A stretch of DNA of 64,000 nucleotides from an uncultured Ignavibacteria bacterium (GTDB lineage Bacteria > Zixibacteria > MSB-5A5 > CAIYYT01): NCBI GenBank assembly GCA_964617645.1, contig CAZTYE010000002.1:374648-438647 (forward strand), given 5' to 3'. This document shows, piece after piece, positions 28,425 through 37,335 of this stretch. Position 1 is the first letter of the stretch. Each line of letters starts with the position of its first letter. The position numbers were made by a program, and so were the translations under genes. Below the pieces are notes generated by a model. It searched no databases and had not been told where the DNA came from. It saw only the letters and a list, made by a program, of their open reading frames with translations.

Positions 28425-30307
28425 AGTTTGTTCACGGATTGATTTTCGTCTTACTATTCGACTTCCTACTCACCGCACAATCATTACCGGCTTCCTCCAA
28501 GGCGATCCACTTTACGTGCTCATTTTTGGAGCGCGTAGCAGGAAGCTCGTGGCAGACGGCCGACGAGCGTCGGTTTCTCGCGCCGATCGACTCTCATTTC
28601 TATTTCTCGATGGGAAATTTCAGCTACCGACTGCAGGCTGCCGTCGTACAAGACACCGTCATCCAACTAAGCTCGCAGGTTAACTGTCTTGATGATCGTC
28701 CCCGCAATTTCTTCCAACAGAATATCGTCTTTCGCGGCGCATCGGTGTTTTTCGACTCGGCCCTCACGCGTGGGCAGTCGGTCTACCGCATCAAGCTCAC
28801 CTTTGATTCGTTGTCGGCCTGGCGCAGCGATTGTGATCTCGCGTTTGGCGGCGACAATTTTGCCTCCGATCCGTCGGGCGATTTTGATTTTTACTACGTC
28901 AAGCGCTCGCTCGGCGATTTCCGCTGGAATGAAATTCGCGACGCCTTCGAAAACGACCTCAACGGCTTTATCGAACGCTATGCCGTGAGCGACCGCACCA
29001 AGACTAATTTTTACATTTGCCCCTGCCCGGTCACTGATGTCGGTTGGGATCCGCGCTGGAACAACGCCTACGACTACTCGCGCCAGAATGTGTTCGCACA
29101 CTTTGAACACGGCGTCAACGACTTGCATCCCGAGGTCGTGTACATGACGCGCTTGATGCGGATTCACGGTTACGCGCCGGCGTTCCTTCTCGAAGGCCTG
29201 TGTTCAAGTTTGGATTACGCCGAGATCTTCATCCGCGACGCTCTCCGTAAGAACAAGCTTCCCGATATTGCGTCACTCGGAGTCTCCCGCCAGTATCGTG
29301 CGGTGGCGCGCGACACGTCGCTCTACATCTCGGGCTCGTTCGTGAATTACCTGTTCAATACTTTCGGCCGGGGCAAGCTGCTCCAATGGTATCAAACGGC
29401 GACCGATCTGACCTTTGCCGAGAGCTTCACCGCTGTCTACGGCAAGCCGTTGGCCGAGGTGACGGCGGACTGGAAGAAGTACGTCCTCGCTACGCCTCCG
29501 AAACTCGGCGCGCTTTCGTATTTCGCGACGCGCGCGCAGACTTTCCTGAAGCTCCCCGAGCAGCTCATCTACGCCAATACGGGGTATGCAGAACTGAAAG
29601 ACACGGCTTGGGCCCCGCGCCTGCTTACCAGCCTGCATTTCACTTTTGGCGATTTCAAGAAAGCCGCGCAGTATGCGGGCGAGTTGGCGCGGCTCAACCC
29701 GCAAGATGCGGGAATGCGCCAAATGTACGCCAACATGCTCTTCGCCGCCGGCAATCTCGACAGCGCCGCACTCCTGTACAGCGACGTAATCGAAAATGAC
29801 ACCGCCAGCTATCAATCGGCGGCGCGGCTGGCGCAAATTGACCAGATCCGCGGTCGCCATGAGCGGGCCATCGAGTTGCTTCGCCGGGCGCGCGAGAGTA
29901 CCGGCAACCCCGGCTTCCAAGTCGATTACGATATCGCCATCGGCGACAGTTATGCCGCTCTCGGACAGCGCGACACCTCATGGAGCTACTACCAGCGCGC
30001 GCTGGACATGGGCAAGCAGCTTGCCGCGGCGTACAACAACAATCCGCTGCACCACCTCCGCACCGGCCGCGCCGCGCTGCGGTTGGGTTCACTGGAGGTC
30101 GCGCAGGAATATCTCAATACGGCGCTATTTCTCGAAGAGCGGATGTTCTATATCGGCCAGATTTTGCTCGCTTCCGCTCAAGTCGCCGACTTGCGCAAGG
30201 ACCGCAAGGAAGCCATCGCGCTCTACAAGGAACTCTTGACCTTGCCGACCGCGTACGCCGACCGACAACAGGCGCAAGCCTATCTAAAAAAGCCGTACCA
30301 GAACTAA
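28421..30307 (+). CDS. Secreted TPR-repeat protein, hypothetical.
   Basis: 628 aa. TTG start overlapping the comB stop. Signal peptide. C-terminal half with TPR-like repeats (AAQYAGELARLNPQDAG..., AIELLRRARE...). Confidence 0.5.
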   Translation: MKFVHGLIFVLLFDFLLTAQSLPASSKAIHFTCSFLERVAGSSWQTADERRFLAPIDSHFYFSMGNFSYRLQAAVVQDTVIQLSSQVNCLDDRPRNFFQQNIVFRGASVFFDSALTRGQSVYRIKLTFDSLSAWRSDCDLAFGGDNFASDPSGDFDFYYVKRSLGDFRWNEIRDAFENDLNGFIERYAVSDRTKTNFYICPCPVTDVGWDPRWNNAYDYSRQNVFAHFEHGVNDLHPEVVYMTRLMRIHGYAPAFLLEGLCSSLDYAEIFIRDALRKNKLPDIASLGVSRQYRAVARDTSLYISGSFVNYLFNTFGRGKLLQWYQTATDLTFAESFTAVYGKPLAEVTADWKKYVLATPPKLGALSYFATRAQTFLKLPEQLIYANTGYAELKDTAWAPRLLTSLHFTFGDFKKAAQYAGELARLNPQDAGMRQMYANMLFAAGNLDSAALLYSDVIENDTASYQSAARLAQIDQIRGRHERAIELLRRARESTGNPGFQVDYDIAIGDSYAALGQRDTSWSYYQRALDMGKQLAAAYNNNPLHHLRTGRAALRLGSLEVAQEYLNTALFLEERMFYIGQILLASAQVADLRKDRKEAIALYKELLTLPTAYADRQQAQAYLKKPYQN

Positions 30308-30395
30308 TCAGCAGTTGCATCGTACAAGCTCTTGGCTTAATTGAGACGCGCTTCGCTGCGCCGGTCGACCCTTTAACCGAGAGAATGCCGACGAA

Positions 30396-32495
30396 ATGAA
30401 CTTCATCAACCCGTTTTTGCTGCTCTTCGCCGCTGCGGCCTCGATTCCCCTGCTGCTGCACCTGTTCAACAAGCAGCGCGTCAAGATCGTCGAATTCTCC
30501 ACCGTTCGCTATTTGCTATCGCTGCAGAAAACGCGAATGCGGCAGATTAAGCTGCGGCAGATTCTGCTGCTGATTCTGCGCACCCTCGCGCTGCTCGCGA
30601 TTGCGTTTGCGTTCGCGCGTCCGGCTATCGAAGGCGGCTATCTGCCGGCTCTCGGCGGCAAAACCACCACGACAGCGGTCATGATGATCGATCTGTCCGG
30701 ATCGACACAAACCGAAACGAACGCCGGCTCTTTCTTCGAACGCAGCATCGAGAAAGCGCAGAGTATCCTCGCGAATTTCACGGAGAAAGAGAAAGCGACT
30801 TTGCTTGGCTTTGCCGACGGCGTCATTTACGACTCCGGAGATCCGACGACCGACTTCGCCCGCCTGCAGGAGTTGCTCAAATCGATGCGTCCGACCGCGG
30901 CAACCGCCGACCCGGCGGCGGCGTTCGCGCGGGCGCTGGAAATCCTGAAAGCCGCCACCGACCCGAATCTTGAGGTTTATTTGCTCAGCGATTTTCAGGG
31001 CGATGTCTGGCGTGATCTCGAATTTAACGGCTTCGAATCCGAGCGATTGAAAGTCAGCCTCTTCGTCACGTCTACGGCTTTGCCCGAGCGCGGCAATGCC
31101 GCCGTCGAGCAGGTCGTATTTCCCAATCAGATTATCACGGCCAACCGTGCTTTCGCCGTTCAGGGCGAGGTTCGCAACTACAACGATGACGAACCCTCCG
31201 AATTGCTCGTCGCCCTCGATATCAACGGCCGCCGCGTCGCTCAGACCGATCTGTCGATCCCGCCGCAAGGCGCAAGCCGCGTTGCGTTCGAACACACACC
31301 GGCCGAACCGGGCTACCTCTACGGCGAAATCGCCATCGACGATGATGACCTGCTCGCCGACAATCGGGGCTACTTTGCGATGCGCATTCCCTCGGGCAGC
31401 CGCATCGCCCTGCTTTCGGATAACGACCGCGAAGCCTTCTATATCAAGAGCGCGCTCGCGCCGGGAGAATCGCAAAATCTTGCCAAGCAGGTCGAAGTCA
31501 TTGGCGCCTTGCAGGCCGCAACCGCAAACCTGCTCGAGTACGACGCCGTTATCGTCAATCTCACCGGCCGAGCGCCGCAGGCACTGGTGTCATCGCTGCG
31601 CAACTATCTCAACACCGGTGGCGCCGTGTTGTTGATGATGCGACCAGAACTTGATATCGCCGACTTTTCCGAGAAACTTTCCGAGCCGTTCTTCGGTCTG
31701 CAGATTCTCGAAACGCCCCCGCTGGCTGCTACCGGCGGCAAGTATCTTCTCGACAATCTGGATTTTGCCCATCCGCTGTTTTCGCCCTACAAGTCGATGC
31801 CCAAGGACAAACTGCCGCAGGCCGAGTTTGACGGTCATTTCAAGCTCCGGGAATCGGCGCGCTCAACGATCGTGGCCCGCTTTTCGGACCACTCTCCGGC
31901 GGTTCTCGAGGCCGGGGTCGGCAAGGGCAAGGCGATGTTGTTCACGTTCAGCATGAACGAGCAACTCTCGGACATCGTTTTTCGACCGCTCTCGGTGATC
32001 ATGCTCAACCGCGCCGTCGAATATCTGGTTTCCGAGCCGCTCAATCAGCGCGAGCGCCTCTCCGCCGGATCGGAAATCACCCGCGAATTGGGGCCACAAA
32101 CCGCGCGGGCCTTTGCGCTGGTTACGCCGCGCGGAGACACGACCCAAATCGATGCCTCATTGCGCGCCGGGGCGGTCGTCTTCAATCTGGGCGCATTGCA
32201 GCAGACCGGAATCTATCGCCTCGTCGGCGACAACAATGTCATCGACATGTTCGCGGTCAATTTCCCGATTGCCGAGTCATCGCCAGGATTTACCGACTCC
32301 GAGACGGTCGGCAAGCGTATCATTGGGGCGCGCGTCGTCGTGCTACCCTACGACAGTGATCCTGCCGGCGCGATTTCTTCGGCGCGCTTTGGCACTGAAC
32401 TCTGGAAACTGTTTCTCCTGCTCGGATTCCTCTTCTTGCTCGCCGAGATGGCGGTTGCATATACCGCCCGGCAACCGGAGGTGAGCGCCGGTTGA
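30396..32495 (+). CDS. BatA-like membrane protein: aerotolerance-regulator N-terminal double-TM domain plus vWA domain.
   Basis: 699 aa. MNFINPFLLLFAAAASIPLLLHLFNKQRVKIVEFSTVRYLL matches the BatA N-terminal domain. vWA MIDAS VMMIDLSGST (DxSxS). Confidence 0.6.
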   Translation: MNFINPFLLLFAAAASIPLLLHLFNKQRVKIVEFSTVRYLLSLQKTRMRQIKLRQILLLILRTLALLAIAFAFARPAIEGGYLPALGGKTTTTAVMMIDLSGSTQTETNAGSFFERSIEKAQSILANFTEKEKATLLGFADGVIYDSGDPTTDFARLQELLKSMRPTAATADPAAAFARALEILKAATDPNLEVYLLSDFQGDVWRDLEFNGFESERLKVSLFVTSTALPERGNAAVEQVVFPNQIITANRAFAVQGEVRNYNDDEPSELLVALDINGRRVAQTDLSIPPQGASRVAFEHTPAEPGYLYGEIAIDDDDLLADNRGYFAMRIPSGSRIALLSDNDREAFYIKSALAPGESQNLAKQVEVIGALQAATANLLEYDAVIVNLTGRAPQALVSSLRNYLNTGGAVLLMMRPELDIADFSEKLSEPFFGLQILETPPLAATGGKYLLDNLDFAHPLFSPYKSMPKDKLPQAEFDGHFKLRESARSTIVARFSDHSPAVLEAGVGKGKAMLFTFSMNEQLSDIVFRPLSVIMLNRAVEYLVSEPLNQRERLSAGSEITRELGPQTARAFALVTPRGDTTQIDASLRAGAVVFNLGALQQTGIYRLVGDNNVIDMFAVNFPIAESSPGFTDSETVGKRIIGARVVVLPYDSDPAGAISSARFGTELWKLFLLLGFLFLLAEMAVAYTARQPEVSAG

Positions 32496-34387
32496 TTTTT
32501 CTGCAATTGGCGGGGATCACCAAGACTTTCAACGAAGATCAAATTCTGCGCGGCGTCGACCTGCAAATCGTGCGCGGAGAGCGTTACGGCTTGGTCGGTC
32601 CCAACGGCGCCGGCAAGACGACGATTCTCAAAATCGCCCTCGGTCAGGTTTTGCCCGACTTCGGATCCGTCATGACGAGTCCCCAGATCAAAGTTGGATA
32701 TGTTTCTCAGGAAGACGACCTCGAATCGAATTACTCTCTATTTCTGGCGATGCTCGAATCCTACGCCGAACTACTGGAACTCCGCAGCCGCATGGAGGCC
32801 ATGGAGAGCGCTATCGCCCTTGGCGATGAATCGCTGCTGCCGGGCTACGGCGAACTCCAGCACGAATGGGAGGTTCGCGGCGGCTACACGCTCGATACCA
32901 CGATCGAAAACACGCTACTGGGACTGGGCTTCAGCAAGGATGATCTCCACCGGCCACTCTCGAGTTTTTCCGGTGGCGAACGCAACCGCGCGGCGCTGGC
33001 GCGTGTTCTGTTGCGTCAGCCCGATTTGCTGCTGCTTGATGAACCGACCAACCACCTCGATATCGAGTCGACGATTTGGCTCGAGGAATACCTCAAGACA
33101 TTTCCCGGCGCCGTTGTCGTTGTCTCGCACGATCGCGTCTTTCTGGATCACGTCGTCAACCGCGTCGTCGAACTCGATCAGGGCAAACTCGATCTCTACC
33201 ACGGCAACTTCACTGCCTATTGTGAAGAGCGCGCCGAACGGCGACGGCTGCAACTTAAGAAGTACCTGCATCAACAAGAGGAGATTGCCCGCATCGAAGA
33301 TTTCATCGTTCGCAATATCGCCGGCCAAAAGACCAAACAAGCCCAGTCACGACGTCTGGCGCTCTCCAAACTCGAACGCTTGACGGCGCCGTCCGGCGAT
33401 GCCCGCAAAGCCAGTATCCAAATGGAGGCTTCGCGGCGCGCCTATCAATCCGTCTTGCGTGTCGAAGACCTCGCCTTCGCCTACGGTCATCGCGTCCTCT
33501 TCTCCGATGTCGAGTTCGAGATTGAACGCGGCGACAAAGTCGCTCTGATCGGCCGCAACGGTACCGGCAAGACCACGCTGATTCGGGCGCTGATGGGCGA
33601 ACTCGATGGCGTCAACGGCCAGATCGCGTTGGGTCGCAACGTCGATGTCGAGTATTTCGATCAAGATCTGGCGATGCTCAATCCGGATGAGACGGTGCTC
33701 GACACCGTTTGGAATATTCAACCGCAGTGGGATGCCTTTCGCCTGCGCAGCCATCTGGCGCGGTTTCTCTTCTTTGGCGAGGATGTCTTCAAGCAGGTGA
33801 GAATGCTCTCCGGCGGCGAGAAGAAAAAACTCGCGCTGGCGTGGCTGTTAGCGTTGCCCGCCAATTTTCTGATTCTTGACGAACCAACCAATCATCTTGA
33901 CCTCGGCTCGCGCGAAGTCCTCGAGGAAGCCTTGCGCGAGTTCGACGGCACGGTGCTTGTCGTCAGCCACGACCGCTTCTTCCTCGATTCAGTGGCGACG
34001 CGAGTCTTGGCGCTGCAGAACACTCGGGTCATCGACTTCCGTGGCCGTTACCGGGATTTTGTCGAGAAACAGAATCTATCGCAGTTGGAAACCGGCGAGT
34101 ATGGCGCCGATAAGCAGCAGAAACGCGACTCTTGGCGCGAGGATCGCCGCCTGAAGAACCTTGCGACCACCCGCCGGCGGCGATTGAGAGAACTTGAAGA
34201 GAAAATCGCGCTTCTGGAGTCCGAAGTCGAACAGCTCAAATCCGATCAGGCCGAAGAGCAACACGCCTCAGACTGGAAAAAATTGGGGGAACTGGCTCTG
34301 ACCCAAAAGCAGAAGCAAGAGCTGCTTGATCAATCGGTTTGGGAATACTATCAATTGCTGGATGAAGAAGAAGCTGCTGATCGTTAA
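32492..34387 (+). CDS. ABC-F family ATPase (tandem ABC domains, no TMD).
   Basis: 631 aa. Two Walker A motifs (GPNGAGKTT, GRNGTGKTT), two signature motifs (LSGGERNR, LSGGEKKK), C-terminal coiled-coil tail. Confidence 0.8.
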   Translation: MIFLQLAGITKTFNEDQILRGVDLQIVRGERYGLVGPNGAGKTTILKIALGQVLPDFGSVMTSPQIKVGYVSQEDDLESNYSLFLAMLESYAELLELRSRMEAMESAIALGDESLLPGYGELQHEWEVRGGYTLDTTIENTLLGLGFSKDDLHRPLSSFSGGERNRAALARVLLRQPDLLLLDEPTNHLDIESTIWLEEYLKTFPGAVVVVSHDRVFLDHVVNRVVELDQGKLDLYHGNFTAYCEERAERRRLQLKKYLHQQEEIARIEDFIVRNIAGQKTKQAQSRRLALSKLERLTAPSGDARKASIQMEASRRAYQSVLRVEDLAFAYGHRVLFSDVEFEIERGDKVALIGRNGTGKTTLIRALMGELDGVNGQIALGRNVDVEYFDQDLAMLNPDETVLDTVWNIQPQWDAFRLRSHLARFLFFGEDVFKQVRMLSGGEKKKLALAWLLALPANFLILDEPTNHLDLGSREVLEEALREFDGTVLVVSHDRFFLDSVATRVLALQNTRVIDFRGRYRDFVEKQNLSQLETGEYGADKQQKRDSWREDRRLKNLATTRRRRLRELEEKIALLESEVEQLKSDQAEEQHASDWKKLGELALTQKQKQELLDQSVWEYYQLLDEEEAADR

Positions 34388-34955
34388 CGGCTCGCCGCGG
34401 GTCGGTTCCTCTACGGAAATACTGGCCGCCGAGTTTGAGCGCGGATTCCTCTCTCAATGTCCCAACACTGAAATTGTCACCGTACGTCTGAACGACCTCG
34501 ATATCATTCCCTGCCAGGCCTGCGGTATCGACCCGACGCCGCTGGTCTGCATCTACAAAGACGAACTCTACCCCTATTTGCTCCACCTCAAAGACGCCGA
34601 CTTTGTGCTGATTGCCTCACCGATCTACTTTGACTCGGTGTCCGCGCAAACCAAGTTGTTTATCGACCGCTGTAACTGCTTCCGGCCGCCGCATTTTGTC
34701 AACGGTCGCGCTCAATTTGCCGAGCACGGAATCCTCAGCTGCAAAGGCGCCTACATCCTCGTCGGCGGCGAGCGGGAAAAATACGACGCCGCCGATCGCG
34801 TCATTGGCGGCTTCTTTATCTGGTGCGGAATCGAAAAGGTCGGCCGGCTGGTTCATGCCCACGATGAAGACGTGCTCGGTGGGGTGGCCGGCAATCGCGA
34901 GCGCCTGGCTGAAGCCTTCGCGCTCGGCACTAATTGTGCCCGCAAGATAAGCTGA
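34362..34955 (+). CDS. NAD(P)H-dependent FMN reductase / iron-sulfur flavoprotein-like.
   Basis: Start at MKKKLLIVNGSPRVGSSTE (flavodoxin-like fold motif). 26-nt out-of-frame overlap with the ABC-F 3' end. Confidence 0.55.
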   Translation: MKKKLLIVNGSPRVGSSTEILAAEFERGFLSQCPNTEIVTVRLNDLDIIPCQACGIDPTPLVCIYKDELYPYLLHLKDADFVLIASPIYFDSVSAQTKLFIDRCNCFRPPHFVNGRAQFAEHGILSCKGAYILVGGEREKYDAADRVIGGFFIWCGIEKVGRLVHAHDEDVLGGVAGNRERLAEAFALGTNCARKIS

Positions 34956-34974
34956 TCCGAGAACTAAACCGAAC

Positions 34975-37218
34975 TCACGGGCATCCAGCGCACGGCGCCG
35001 GACCCGACGCAAAGATGAAGTTGATCAAGTACACGGCGTCGGCAATCGATATCGCGCCGCTGCAGTCGCCATCGCCGCGCTCCAGCGATGGAGCCGGACC
35101 GCCGGCAAAAATGTAATTGATGAGAAACACGGCGTCCGCGATGGATACGCTGCCCGACGAGTCGGCATCGCCGCACGCGTTGTTGGCCGGTCCAACAGTA
35201 ATTGAGTAGCCGAAGAGCTTCTCCTGTGGCGGAGTGCTGGAATCCTGGCAGCGCAGCGTAAAGTAGAATGTCGCCATAAACGTCGGCACGCCGCTGACCA
35301 CGGCCTGCTCGCCGCCGCTGAAACTCAGCCCAAACGGCAGGTCCCCGCCCCAGTGAGTCCAGTTGTAAGGCGCTACGCCACCGACCGCCTCGAATGATTG
35401 ACTATAGAACACACCCAGTTCGCCGTCAGCACAAGTAATGGTTGTCGTCTGGATTCCAAACGGAACCAGCGTCGCCTCGCGCAAGATCCACTCTTGCGGG
35501 TCGAATTGGATGTTCGTTATCGAATCCGGCGCATGGAGCTGGAAATACTGACCTCGTTGCGTGCTCGAAACCACCGTATCACGAATTCCTCCGGTCGTCA
35601 CCAACCGCAAGCGGATCGGCATCTGGAAGTTGCTGTAACTCGATTGAACTTGATCCACAAAGAAATCGGCCAGATATCCGCCCCCGACCGTGTCGGGACG
35701 GCACTGGAACGAGTACTCGTACTCCGGGTGACCGTCGCCGTAAATCCACTGCTGGAAAAACTGATGAAGGTCGACCCCCGATGCCGCCGACCAGAAATCC
35801 GCGATACTCTCAGTCGTCGCCGAGCCGTAGCGATAACTCGATGCTGACCACTCCCTGACCACGCGGAAAAACGTCGAATCGCCGAGCACGCCGCGAAGCA
35901 TGTGCACTACCCAGGCGCCCTTGTTGTAAGAGAGATTGCCGTCGAAAATCACCTGCGTCTGCGGATCCTCAACATAAATCGTTCCCGACCCCATGTATTT
36001 CACCGTCTGCATGTGTCCCAGATATGCCGCCAACGATCCGCCATATGCCGCCTCCCAGAAAATCGCCTCTGCCCACGTGCCGAAGCCTTCGTTAATCCAA
36101 ATATGGTGGAACGTCCGGCAGGTGATCATATCGCCCCACCACTGATGAGCGTTTTCGTGAATGAGCAGGTAAACGAAATCGTAGTAATACGCGAACGGAT
36201 CATGGAACGAACAGGTTTGGTGCTCCATCGTACCCCACTCGCCGCAATTGACGTTTGCCAGCTTTTCCGTGACGAACGGATAGATGCCAAAAGCGTCACT
36301 ATAATAATTCAGCATCGGTATTGTCAGCGTGTCGAACACCGCTTTCGAATCATAGGCATTCGGATAGTTATAGGCGTATACCGGCATCGAGTGGCCGTCG
36401 TAGTTCCAGGTTTTCTGCGTGATCTCGAAATTCGCAACCGAGAGCGCAATCAAGTAGGTGGTAATGCGGTAGCGACTGATCCAATGATAAACCTTGCGCC
36501 CGCTGGGCAGAGTCGTCGTCGACTGAAGTACCCCGTTCGCGGCGGCCTGCATATTTCCCGGGCACTCGATCCAGAATTTTACCGAATCGGCCTTGTCTTC
36601 CGGCGTGTCCTTGCAGGGAAACCAGTTGCGCGAAGCGTAAGGTTCGGTCGACGTCCAACAAATCTCGTTGCCGTAGTGCGTTGTGAAAGCCATCCCGCCG
36701 TCGGTGTAACCCATCCCCGAATATGGTGTCCCATGGTAATAGACGCTGAATACGATCTTCTCGCCGGCTGTGTACGTGCGCGGCAGCGTCACCGTGGCCA
36801 CGAAACCCGGATGCGACACATTGACGCGGTTCGGGCCCACATAGGCCGAATCGGCGTTAAGATAATACCAGATCAAGTCAAGGTCGATCGAGTTGATCGT
36901 CGGCGCAACCACGGTAACCTGATAGTCGATCTGCCCGACAATCGACTTGGTGGGAAACAGCAAATTGATGCGGATGCCATAATAGTTGACATCATAATCG
37001 GATTGGTTGGCATTGTGCTTAAGCGCTTGTTCCAGGAGACCCCGTTTGATCGACTCTTCCCGCCCGGCCGATTCGTACCGGTAGAATTCCAGACGTCGAG
37101 ATTTGATTTCCTCGATCTCGGAAGCGCTCAGATTACGATAATCGTAGTTTTTCCGTTGTCCGAAAACGGCTGGAACGATTACTATCGTGAGGAGCAGAGC
37201 GATAAACAGGGTACGCAT
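34975..37218 (-). CDS. M1-family zinc aminopeptidase with C-terminal putative-Ig and dockerin-like repeat pair.
   Basis: Signal peptide from MRTLFIALLLTIVIVPAVFG. Gluzincin motif HENAHQWWGDMITCRTFHHIWINEGFGTWAE (HExxH-18-E). C-terminus GDADSSGSVSIADAVFLINYIF...GDGDCSGAISIADAVYLINFIF has two dockerin-type Ca-binding repeats. Confidence 0.75.
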   Translation of the reverse strand: MRTLFIALLLTIVIVPAVFGQRKNYDYRNLSASEIEEIKSRRLEFYRYESAGREESIKRGLLEQALKHNANQSDYDVNYYGIRINLLFPTKSIVGQIDYQVTVVAPTINSIDLDLIWYYLNADSAYVGPNRVNVSHPGFVATVTLPRTYTAGEKIVFSVYYHGTPYSGMGYTDGGMAFTTHYGNEICWTSTEPYASRNWFPCKDTPEDKADSVKFWIECPGNMQAAANGVLQSTTTLPSGRKVYHWISRYRITTYLIALSVANFEITQKTWNYDGHSMPVYAYNYPNAYDSKAVFDTLTIPMLNYYSDAFGIYPFVTEKLANVNCGEWGTMEHQTCSFHDPFAYYYDFVYLLIHENAHQWWGDMITCRTFHHIWINEGFGTWAEAIFWEAAYGGSLAAYLGHMQTVKYMGSGTIYVEDPQTQVIFDGNLSYNKGAWVVHMLRGVLGDSTFFRVVREWSASSYRYGSATTESIADFWSAASGVDLHQFFQQWIYGDGHPEYEYSFQCRPDTVGGGYLADFFVDQVQSSYSNFQMPIRLRLVTTGGIRDTVVSSTQRGQYFQLHAPDSITNIQFDPQEWILREATLVPFGIQTTTITCADGELGVFYSQSFEAVGGVAPYNWTHWGGDLPFGLSFSGGEQAVVSGVPTFMATFYFTLRCQDSSTPPQEKLFGYSITVGPANNACGDADSSGSVSIADAVFLINYIFAGGPAPSLERGDGDCSGAISIADAVYLINFIFASGPAPCAGCP

Positions 37219-37335
37219 ATAGCCTCCGCAAGTAACAAAGCCAATATACACCACTTCGTCGAAATTAGTAGCCCTTTTTCGCAAATGGCATTGGCGCTTT
37301 GGTGGTGATGTTTCGTCCTATCTCAAGGGTGAAAG

